Below, piece after piece: positions 17,201-24,956 of a stretch of 64,000 bases of DNA. Source of the stretch: an uncultured Clostridia bacterium. Its GTDB lineage: Bacteria > Bacillota > Clostridia > TANB77 > CAG-508. The number at the start of each line of letters is the position of its first letter. The stretch's first letter is position 1. Location: contig CANQQQ010000002.1 in NCBI GenBank assembly GCA_947626025.1, positions 2,239 to 66,238 of the forward strand, written 5' to 3'. The position numbers and the translations under genes are program-made. Under the pieces are notes generated by a model. The model was not told where the DNA came from, did not search any database, and saw only the letters and a list, made by a program, of their open reading frames with translations.

Positions 17201-19459
17201 TATAACAGTTCCGTCTGTTCTAGTTGTATAGTCTGTTCCATCTACTGTAAATACTGCTCCTGGTAATCCAATTCCATTTGAATTTACTTTCTTTAATAAT
17301 AGTCTATACCCACCTATTAATTCTTCGTTTTGAACAGTTACCGTTATTGTGTTTGTTGCTCTATCTATTTCTACTGTTCCTGCTGAAGTATTTGTTTTGT
17401 TTAATGTTACATCATCTAATTCATATTTTAAGTGATCATCTGATTCTTTTTTACTTACTATTGCTGTAATTGTTCCATCAATTTTCTTATATCCTGTTGG
17501 TGCCGTTTTTTCTGTTATTTCATATATGTCACTCATATTTACATTATTTTTGGTAATTTTTACATTTTCTTTTACTGTTACTTTTCCATCTGTTCCCGTT
17601 GTAAAGTCTGTTCCATCTACTGTAAATACCGCTCCTGGTAATCCTGTTCCACTTGAATTTACTTTCTTTAATACTAGTTTATATTCACCTGTCATTTCTT
17701 CATTTTCTACAGTTATGGTTATTGTATTTGTTTCTCTATCTATTTCTACTCTTCCAAATGAAGTATCACTATTTTGTAAGTATACATTATCCACTTCGTA
17801 ACTTAAATGGTCTGCTGATTCCTTTTTACTTACTACTAATTCAGCCATTCCTGAAAGCTTTTTATACCCTTCTGGGGCAGTTTTTTCTGTTATTTGATAT
17901 GTATCATTTGAACTTACATTATCTTTTGTTATCTGTACATAATCTTGTACTATTACTTTTCCATCTGATCCTGTTGTATAATCTCTTCCGCCTACTGTAA
18001 ATACAGCACCTGCTAATCCCTCTCCTTTAGTATTTTGTTTTTTTAATACTAGTTTATATCCGCCTGTTATTTGTTCGTCTTGCACAGTTATAGTTATTGT
18101 GTTTGTTGTTTTATCTATTTTTACTTTACCTGATGAACTACTTACTCCATCTAATTCTGCCCTATCTATTTCATATTTTAGATTGTCACTAGATTCTTTT
18201 TTTGTTACTGTTAATTGTATTGTTTTATCATATTTTATATATCCTGCTGGAGCTCCTGTTTCTACTATTGTGTATGAATCTTGTGAAGTACTATTTCCTT
18301 CAGTTATTTTTACACCATCTGGTGTAACATTTACTGTTCCATCCTCTCCTGTTGTATATGTCTTGCCATTTACTGCAAATTCTGCTCCTGATAATGTCTT
18401 TCCGCTTTTATCTACTTTCTTTACAATTACGTTATATTCTCCCTCTAGCTGTTTTTCTTCTGTTACTGTTACAATTGGTTGAGCCTCTTGATTTGCATAT
18501 ACTGTAATGACTCTATTAGGATTTCCGTGTGCAATATCATAGTTAGTTTTACTTTGTGCATTATCAACAAAATATTTGTATACCATGTTTACATAGTATT
18601 CTCTTATCCTTCCTGCTGCTTGATCTGTGTCTCCAAGTTTTTCTGGAAATAGTGTTGAATATGTCGTTAAAACACCATTATCTTTTGATATATATATTGC
18701 TGGAATTCCAGTTGATCCTCCAATAGAATTTTCAAATAATGAATGATTTGTTAAATTCCAAATAGCTAATTGTTGAGCAATTTCTATGTCAAAATCGGTT
18801 ATTTCTGCATTAGTACCTTCTGCTTCTAGTTCTTCTATTGATTCTTGTATTGTTCCAGTCATTTGTATAGTTCCATAATCAGTACAAGGAATCTTACTTA
18901 GGAAATCTTGTTTATTTTGTTCACCAGGTATGTACATATTATCTAATATCCATACTAATTTATTTATTGTTTTTGTATCATCATTTTCATCAAATGCTAG
19001 CACGTTTTTTCCAGCATATTTTGTTCTTAATGCGTTTAATTCTGTTAATATTCCACTGTTATTTGTATATTTTAAGTTAAAAGGCTCTGCATATGTACTT
19101 CTTGAAATTCCCTTTATTTCACTTGTTGAACTACCAGCATGTGCATCAGATGTAAATAAATTGCCACTACCATCACCGAAATCTCCATATCCTTGTGCTA
19201 AGCAATAAAATACATCATCAGTAGTTATCGGTGTCTGCTGGTTATATGGTTGTATATTCCATATGTATTTTAAGCTGTTTGAAGCTTGCGATGAACTTTG
19301 AAAAGCATATACGTAAGTGCCTGTTCTATCTGTTCTTTGCGAATTTATACCAAATTTTGTATAACTCGTTGCCGCTTGTGTACAACCTGTGGAAATTACT
19401 AGTGCTATTATTAACACAACTCCAATTTTTAGTAATAGATTTTTCATAATAAATTTCAT
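14198..19459 (-). CDS. Giant cell-surface adhesin of 1753 aa. It has a signal peptide, a putative N-terminal thioester domain, about five Cna-B/SpaA-type isopeptide domains, three large DUF11-type repeats, and a C-terminal IKTG motif followed by a TM helix and basic tail.
   Basis: The signal peptide is MKFIMKNLLLKIGVVLIIALVIS. The N-terminal domain has Cys in VFYCLAQGYG and Gln in EIAQQLAIWN, which together resemble the TED Cys ... [TS]QxA[VI]W pair. There are repeated GAEFAV/GAVFTV...DG and ETGAPAGY/TEKTAPEGY Cna-B signatures. Three modules of about 230 aa begin DLALRKFI and contain GDKVTYTLRIYNEGN, a DUF11-like motif. Confidence 0.7.
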   Translation of the reverse strand: MKFIMKNLLLKIGVVLIIALVISTGCTQAATSYTKFGINSQRTDRTGTYVYAFQSSSQASNSLKYIWNIQPYNQQTPITTDDVFYCLAQGYGDFGDGSGNLFTSDAHAGSSTSEIKGISRSTYAEPFNLKYTNNSGILTELNALRTKYAGKNVLAFDENDDTKTINKLVWILDNMYIPGEQNKQDFLSKIPCTDYGTIQMTGTIQESIEELEAEGTNAEITDFDIEIAQQLAIWNLTNHSLFENSIGGSTGIPAIYISKDNGVLTTYSTLFPEKLGDTDQAAGRIREYYVNMVYKYFVDNAQSKTNYDIAHGNPNRVITVYANQEAQPIVTVTEEKQLEGEYNVIVKKVDKSGKTLSGAEFAVNGKTYTTGEDGTVNVTPDGVKITEGNSTSQDSYTIVETGAPAGYIKYDKTIQLTVTKKESSDNLKYEIDRAELDGVSSSSGKVKIDKTTNTITITVQDEQITGGYKLVLKKQNTKGEGLAGAVFTVGGRDYTTGSDGKVIVQDYVQITKDNVSSNDTYQITEKTAPEGYKKLSGMAELVVSKKESADHLSYEVDNVYLQNSDTSFGRVEIDRETNTITITVENEEMTGEYKLVLKKVNSSGTGLPGAVFTVDGTDFTTGTDGKVTVKENVKITKNNVNMSDIYEITEKTAPTGYKKIDGTITAIVSKKESDDHLKYELDDVTLNKTNTSAGTVEIDRATNTITVTVQNEELIGGYRLLLKKVNSNGIGLPGAVFTVDGTDYTTRTDGTVIIRDNVQINEDNVDIADIYEITEKSAPTGYNKVEGTIKVTVNKKESDDNLNYELDDVTLEKINTSVGEVNIDRATNTITITIENERIIEESIDLALRKFISKVVDSKGVTVYTADELSERIPDPDTTNLRNGTKTTAEYNHDKEPVKVSVGDKVTYTLRIYNEGNVNAYITEVTDYLSKYLDYVESEEWYREYGQQGVDRFESKARSTKLTKITGASDNLTDLIGEVIGGGILIPAYDEINDKLSYIDIQITCKVLEPEVETGIIEDYKITNIAEITGMKDKNGTQILEEGIDRDSKPNNVTQNLPETEQGWQEYRDDKIGVEDYIPGNQDDDDFEKLIIVFPKYDLALRKFIVQVGDKRILDENGKYAREPVVDTTSLKQGIAEQGYGTATYKHPKKAVSVTRGDLVTYIIRVYNEGNMDAYVSKITDYLPEYLEFIEDDELNQRFDWEYDENTREISTSITAKSSTDTYGVYRTRENGKLLSAYDGGDTLNYIDVAIRCKVSEKAKIDEIQTNIAEITEFTDTKGDSSVEDLDSKPDENLDIPSKDELPHYKEELEDNPYVPGQEDDDDYDKVKVIGTFDLALRKFITEVHSADMRTKINDRYPELSIDDNGKIKYTHKKDPVTVCTGDTVIYTIRIYNEGEIDGYANEITDDVPYGLEFIVDSELNKEYRWVMLDENHNETTDVNKAKYLVTDYLSEEQEKETGRDNLIKAFDKNDELSDKNPAYRDVQIAFKVNYKVTQVGEESRILVNVAQISEDSNTDIDSVPNRDEEYDDKNHEDDIDYEDVKVQYFDLSLLKWVTRAIVTENGETTITESGHTGYENPEPDLKVEIKSKDVKKVTVKFAYTIKITNEGEISGYAKEITDYIPAGLEFRQEDNPEWYIRADGTVATAQLEDTLLLPGESAEVQIILTWINGEENLGRKVNVAEISKDSNFSNTPDIDSTPDNKVTGEDDIDDAPVLLVIKTGINTGIKYIILTTIVIAILVTGVAGIKKFVLEY

Positions 19460-20045
19460 TCCTTCCTAGAATATTTATAATAATAAAAACTTTTTTCTCT
19501 CAATTAATATATATACTATACAAATATATTTTAAACTTTTTTTATATAAAGTCAATGGTAGTATTTTGTCGAATTATATTATATCCTTGATTTTTACTTA
19601 CGGATAAAAGAAAAAAGAACTATATTCGAGCTAATATTACATTTGTATAACATTTTTAGTTCTTAATTTTAACATTTGTTTTCTTTTCTCTATTTTCCTA
19701 ATCTTTCCAATTTTAATAAGTATATAATAATTCTACAAAGTTATATTCTCTTTTAAGATTATACTACATTTTATAACATTTTGCAACAGTTTATGTAATT
19801 TATCGAGACAAATTTAATTTAATTTACGCTTACAAGATATTTTATATTTTATAATATTGTAATCTATTCAATTTTATTGCATACTATATAATATCCAGAG
19901 TCCATCACAAATTGATAAACTTTTCTTAATATCTATTGACTTTTTTGTATATCTCTGTTATTATATTTAAGCAACAATTTTATATAAACATCATACTTTA
20001 ATAAATGAGTTGCAAATCACATACTGAATATTAAGTTTTCTATTT

Positions 20046-20120
20046 TGCAGGTATAGTTTAGTGGTAAAACATAACCTTGCCAAGGTTAAGTTACGGGTCC
20101 GATTCCCGTTACCTGCTCCA
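20046..20120 (+). tRNA. tRNA-Gly (GCC).
   Basis: Cloverleaf: acceptor gcaggta/tacctgc, anticodon stem taacc/ggtta with loop ttGCCaa, T-loop, and an encoded CCA. Confidence 0.85.
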
Positions 20121-20144
20121 AAAAGGCACACGCTATATATTTAT

Positions 20145-20160
20145 GGCGCCTTAGCCAAGC
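20145..20160 (+). pseudogene. Duplicated 5' fragment of tRNA-Cys (GGCGCCTTAGCCAAGC), including 6-7 nt of upstream flank, followed by a GC-rich insert of about 86 bp.
   Basis: There is a 22-23 nt direct repeat, atttatggcgccttagccaagc at 20139-20160 and attttatggcgccttagccaagc at 20260-20282. These bracket a GC-rich segment at 20161-20246 that contains GTTCGAAC and a cagcg...cgctg hairpin. Confidence 0.5.
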
Positions 20161-20265
20161 TGCTGAGGCTGTTCGAACGTAGTGAGTTACAGCGTCAGTA
20201 TGCAGCGAGCGTAGCGAGTCGCTGGTAAGTAAACTTATTCGTGAGTAATTAATTTAATATTTTAT

Positions 20266-20339
20266 GGCGCCTTAGCCAAGCGGTAAGGCACGAGTCTGCA
20301 AAACTCTGATGGTCGGTCCGACTCCGACAGGCGCCTCCA
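20266..20339 (+). tRNA. tRNA-Cys (GCA).
   Basis: Acceptor ggcgcct/aggcgcc, anticodon loop ctGCAaa, T-arm ggtcc/ggacc (loop gactccg, no canonical TTCGA), and an encoded CCA. Confidence 0.85.
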
Positions 20340-21349
20340 AAGAAAAATCGTAAAAACGTTGATATATCAATGCTTTTATGATTTTTTAATACTTTTTGAT
20401 TAAAAGTAAAAATTCAGTGTTTTCAGTACTTTCAGAAGTTAGAAAATTAATTATTCAATTTATATGTGACAAAAATGTGACAAAAAAATTAATCATTGTG
20501 TATAAAAATGTAACAAAATAAATTTTATATTTACATAAATACAAAAACATAAAATATATGTGATATAATAGAATAAATATATTTAATAGGATATTTTTAG
20601 ACAAATGTTATATTTACAATAGAGCATTAATAGAACAGCAAAAAATTAAAAATATCTAATTTTAAAGAATTACTAAATTATGTAAATATATTTTGGCTAA
20701 TTTCAAAAATATGTTATAATAAGTCAAAATAAAATATGTAATTTAATATAAAAAATATAGAAATGAGGGATTTAATAGGAAAAAATTTTTTCTTGAAAAT
20801 TGGAGAAATTTACTAATAGGAGGGCTACTAGTGGGTATATTAAGTAATGTTATAGGTGGAATAATACTTAATAAATTGATTTCTAATAATACTACAAACA
20901 TTAACATTATTCAAAATAATAATTATTATATTTACTTTCAAGAAAATGAAATACAATATAATGAAAAAATTATTTAAGATGTTATAGGGAGGTAATGTCT
21001 AGGAAATATAATACAAGTTAAAATGATGATTTTTTTAAATAGATATATAAGGAGGTATAAATAGGCGAGTTTTTTTTAAAATAATAACTAGCATAATAGG
21101 AATAGCATTGGAATTAACGATAGGTGGAATAACAGGAAAAATATGTGCTATAGTAGTAAAAGAAATATTAGATGTTATGATAGAAAAATGTTTAAATAAA
21201 AAAATTTCCAAAGTATAAAAAAATTGTAATGTTCGCTTGAAAAAGAAAGAAAAATATTGTATAGTATAAATCATAGGAAATGAGATAAAAGTAGATTTGT
21301 GTTGCCACTTTACTAGATAGTTTTACTATCAGAAAGTGAGGTGGTGTTT

Positions 21350-21463
21350 ATGAGTTTTGTACTATTTTTAATAATAGCCTTAATGGCTTCTACAACTATA
21401 AACGTAGCCTTATTAACTATTATATACATACAATATGTAAATTCAATAATAAATAAGGAATAA
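21350..21463 (+). CDS. Small hydrophobic peptide of 37 aa (MSFVLFLIIALMASTTINVALLTIIYIQYVNSIINKE). It is absent from the ORF track.
   Basis: The RBS is gaaagtgaggtggtgtttATG. The product would form a single predicted TM helix. A strong terminator follows at 21467-21518 (aacaacacattc/gaatgtgttgtt plus a T-run). Confidence 0.3.
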   Translation: MSFVLFLIIALMASTTINVALLTIIYIQYVNSIINKE

Positions 21464-21744
21464 AATAACAACACATTCTGCTCTTGACCGAAAGGAATGT
21501 GTTGTTATTACTTTTTATAAGTGGTAACCATATTGCTATGGTTTCTCATTTTCTATCTATATTATACACAGATTTTAAGAATTTGTCAAATGGAATTTTG
21601 ATTGAATACTTTATAATGTGTTATACAAAATTACACAATGTTATATAAAATTAGATTATATGTGACAAAAATGTGACAAAATAAAATTACAAATATTATA
21701 AAATTCACTATTCAAGCATATTGTAGAGGCTAGTCTAGTCGACA

Positions 21745-21876
21745 AAAGCCTCCAAATGTGCGACCTTAACAGGTCGCAATTAATAATTAATAATGAATAA
21801 TGAATAATATTTAATTAGTATAGAAGCACATTTGGAATTATTTACTATTCATTATTAATTCTTCATTATTCATTAA
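21745..21876. repeat. Copy 1 of an intergenic GAATAAT-heptad repeat element. It has a left ccaaatgtgc arm, (GAATAAT)n, a core atttaattagtatagaagcacatttggaattatt and a right (ATTATTC)n run.
   Basis: It is directly comparable to the copies at 23655-23765 and 24729-24836 and to the partial copy at 49784-49828. The arms ccaaatgtgc and gcacatttgg are inverted. Confidence 0.7.
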
Positions 21877-22130
21877 ATACAAATTTTTAATCATCAAATT
21901 TTTATTATTACATATATCTTTTTATCCAACTTTCGAAGAAAGGTTTTATTCTATGAAAGAAAATCCATTGTTAGAACAATCATTAAATTTCGCATGTGAA
22001 ATTATTAAATTGCAAAAGTTTTTATTAAAATGTTTATCTTTAAAGAAAATGTTGGTTTCTAGCTTAAATACCGTAAAATCAAAACTATAGATATTAATGC
22101 TTTGTTAATCAAAGTTTACACAAGGAAGGA

Positions 22131-22778
22131 ATGAATTTATTTATGAATAATCTCACTAATAATGAGCCATTAAATAAAGACTTAAACTTAGTAAAATATG
22201 AAACAGTTGATATTAAGAATTTAATTTATTGCATTAGAGGAAAACAAGTTATGCTAGATAGTGATGTAGCAATGTTATATCATTATGAAACTAAGAAAAT
22301 AAATCAAGCAGTAAAAAGAAATATTGATAGGTTTCCAGAAAAATTTTGCTTTCAGTTAACAGAAGAAGAATTTATAAATTTAAGGTCACAATTTGTGACT
22401 TTAAACGAAATTAATATAAATGCAGAGCAAGAAAATAACTGGTCACAATTTGTGACCAGTTCAAAAAGTGATAATAGCAAGCATAGAGGAAAAAAATATT
22501 TGCCATATGTCTTTACAGAACAAGGTATAGCAATGTTATCGGGTTTGTTAAAAAATGATATAGCTGTTCAAGTAAGTATACATATTATGGATGCATTTGT
22601 TGAAATGAGAAAATTTATTTCCATAAATGGATTTCATGATAGGTTTATTATTATAGATAACAAAGAGCTTTATCATTGCGGAGCATCACTCAAAGACTTA
22701 GGAAAAAAATGCTTTGGGATTAATAAGATAGAGGGAATAGAATTTATAGAAAATATTAATAAAATAATTAATTTTTAA
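22131..22778 (+). CDS. ORF6N-domain (phage antirepressor/Bro-like) protein.
   Basis: IRGKQVMLDSDVAMLY...TKKINQAVKRNIDRFPEKFCFQLTEEE matches the ORF6N family consensus. KYLPYVFTEQGIAMLSGLLKND is also typical. The gene contains two internal GTCACAATTTGTGAC palindromes. Confidence 0.6.
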   Translation: MNLFMNNLTNNEPLNKDLNLVKYETVDIKNLIYCIRGKQVMLDSDVAMLYHYETKKINQAVKRNIDRFPEKFCFQLTEEEFINLRSQFVTLNEININAEQENNWSQFVTSSKSDNSKHRGKKYLPYVFTEQGIAMLSGLLKNDIAVQVSIHIMDAFVEMRKFISINGFHDRFIIIDNKELYHCGASLKDLGKKCFGINKIEGIEFIENINKIINF

Positions 22779-22856
22779 TATCTTTATATAAGCTAAGTAT
22801 TTCATTTTTTTCTGTGTTATAGTATAATCATAGTAAATTATATGGAGATATTTTAT

Positions 22857-23555
22857 ATGGTAAAGAAATACTTTGAAGACTGGAATAAATTTGAAAAAAT
22901 ATTTTTAATATGTGGACTGTTAGTATCAATAATATCAGCTATTATTTTTAATGGAACTATAATTGATACTTTATATACATCACTTTATCTTATTACTGCA
23001 TTATTAATGTCAAAAGGAAAAGTAGAATCTTATTTTGTAGGTTTTGTAAGTGTATTTTTCTATGGAATAATATCATATAATCAAAATTATTATGGCGAAT
23101 TGATTATTACAGCATTTTTAACATTTCCCATAATGATAATAGGTATTATATCTTGGCTAAGACATCAAGATAAAGAAGATGACACAGTTATTATAAGTTC
23201 ACTATCTAAAAAAGAAATAACTATAGCATTGCTTTCTCAATTAGTATTGTTCTGGATATATTATTTCTTATTAAAAGCATTTAATACAGATTTATTAGTA
23301 ATTAGTACCATTTCAGTTGTAACAAGTGTTTTGGCTAGTTATTTTGAAGCTAGAAGAAGTGAATTATCATTATTTTGCTATATAGCAAATGATTTAGTAA
23401 TAATATTATTATGGTTAATTCCTATTATAAATGGTCAAACAGAACTAATATCAGTTTTAGTTGGTCCTATATTATTATTAATAAATGATATATATGGAAG
23501 TTATAATTGGATTAGATTAAAGAAACAGCAAAAAGAAAAAGGTATAGGAGAATAA
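22857..23555 (+). CDS. pnuC: Nicotinamide riboside transporter PnuC.
   Basis: A polytopic membrane protein of about 230 aa, and the sequence (WLRHQDKEDD, ANDLVIILLWLIP) is PnuC-like. The start is taken as the second ATG (22857). Upstream are a GGAG RBS and a tataat -10 at 22823. Confidence 0.75.
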   Translation: MVKKYFEDWNKFEKIFLICGLLVSIISAIIFNGTIIDTLYTSLYLITALLMSKGKVESYFVGFVSVFFYGIISYNQNYYGELIITAFLTFPIMIIGIISWLRHQDKEDDTVIISSLSKKEITIALLSQLVLFWIYYFLLKAFNTDLLVISTISVVTSVLASYFEARRSELSLFCYIANDLVIILLWLIPIINGQTELISVLVGPILLLINDIYGSYNWIRLKKQQKEKGIGE

Positions 23556-23654
23556 AAACTTTCTAAAACTACATTAACACTACATTAATTTTTACATTCT
23601 GTGCCTTGTAAACATTGATATTACTGTGCTTTTAAAAATATAAAACCAGAGTAT

Positions 23655-23765
23655 GCCACCAAATGTGCAATGTATGCACATTGCAATTAATAATGAATAT
23701 TGAATAATGAATAATCTTTGATTAGTAAAGAAGCACATTTGGAATTATTCATTATTAATTCTTAT
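23655..23765. repeat. Copy 2 of the GAATAAT-heptad repeat element.
   Basis: The sequence is ccaaatgtgc + small hairpin + aattaataatgaatattgaataatgaataat + attagtaaagaagcacatttggaattattcattattaattctt. Confidence 0.7.
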
Positions 23766-24634
23766 CTTTTTCTTTTTTATTGCTACCTTTACTTAATTGT
23801 TTTTGATTTATGTATTGATAACTTAAAGCATTTTCTTTACTAACAACAGATTTTCCTAGTTCTTTTTCCATATCTTCTCTTGCAACTTTAGCTACATGTC
23901 CACCTTTTTTAGCTATCTCTTTATTTGCTTTAAGTCCATAAGGTTTATGTTCTTTTGCAAGTTCTCTTGTTGCAATTTCGCCTAAATCAGCTAAAGCTAC
24001 TTCAACATCTGTCATATTATCTCTTAATGATTCTTTTCTAATATTTTTATACTCTTTATATTCACTAGCCTTCATTCCAGACCATTCTTGATATATCTCA
24101 TTTGTGAGTACTGCATATTCATAATTTTGTTTTATTCCATTTGCTTTCCATACATCTGTTAATTTCTTTCTATCCAAAATTCCTTTTAACCTTGCTTCAA
24201 TCCATTTATCTGAATATCCGGTTGTTTCTGTAATAATCAATGGCTCTACTCATAGCAATTTCTGGATCAAATACTTCATCAACTCTTTCTTTTCCCATTT
24301 GTGCAAGCCATAACTTAAAAGGTTCTGCTTTTGGACTTGGTATTGACTCAATTAGTCTTAATATTCCTTGTGTATCTAAAGCATCTCTCATTCTCATTTT
24401 TCTATCTGGAGCCATCATTTTCAACTGACTACATTTTGTAGTCAGTTCACTTCCTTCTTTTTTTAATCTATTTTTTAATACTGACCAATATTTTCTTGGC
24501 TCTTTACTATCAGTTAAAGCGCTAACTACATCAACAACACTAAAATAATAATCGCCTTTATCTGCATCCCAAATACTTCTAATTTCTTTGCCTTCAAATA
24601 AATTTGAAATTGTATCTAATTTATTGTTTTCCAA
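23755..24634 (-). pseudogene. DinD / Bro-N-like DNA-damage-inducible protein, split by a +1 frameshift near 24219-24221 (track ORFs 24206..24634 and 23755..24240).
   Basis: The upstream ORF ends ...DPEIAMSRAIDYYRNNRIFR* and the downstream ORF begins (L)IITETTGYSDKWIEARL. Removing one C from aac-cgg-ata gives the continuous ...IDYYRNNGYSDKWIEARLKGI..., the expected single Bro-N/DinD-like protein of about 300 aa. Confidence 0.55.
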
Positions 24635-24728
24635 TATAAATTCTCCTTTCTTAAAAATATAAATTATTAATAACTATAGATATTATAGCAAACATTAGTT
24701 CTGTTTGCAATATTTATATATAATTTTT

Positions 24729-24836
24729 TAATAATGAATAGTGAATAATGAATAATGAATAATGAATAATATTTAATTAGTAGAGAAGCACATTTGGAAT
24801 TATTCACTATTCATTATTAATTCTTCATTATTCATT
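24729..24836. repeat. Copy 3 of the GAATAAT-heptad repeat element. It lacks the left ccaaatgtgc arm and has 5 heptad units.
   Basis: The sequence is aataatgaatagtgaataatgaataatgaataatgaataat + atttaattagtagagaagcacatttggaattattcactattcattattaattcttcattattcatt. Confidence 0.7.
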
Positions 24837-24956
24837 AAAATACAAAACAAATATAGAATTGTTTCATTTCTAGCATTACAGCTTAGTAAATTTTGCATTT
24901 TTTATGTAAATATGGTATAATATATCTATATAAAATACCACAAGGAGGTAAGTATT

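Noticed and set aside
21061-21228. An open frame encoding ...SIIGIALELTIGGITGKICAIVVKEILDVMIEKCLNKKISKV, together with the minus-strand track ORF 21035..21274.
   Set aside because: There is no ATG or GTG with an RBS. The only candidate start is a bare TTG. It is most likely non-coding AT-rich spacer or a decayed gene.
22779-22856. Possible NAD+-II (pnuC motif) riboswitch upstream of pnuC.
   Set aside because: Only about 25 nt separate the -10 element from the start codon, which is far too short for the riboswitch aptamer.
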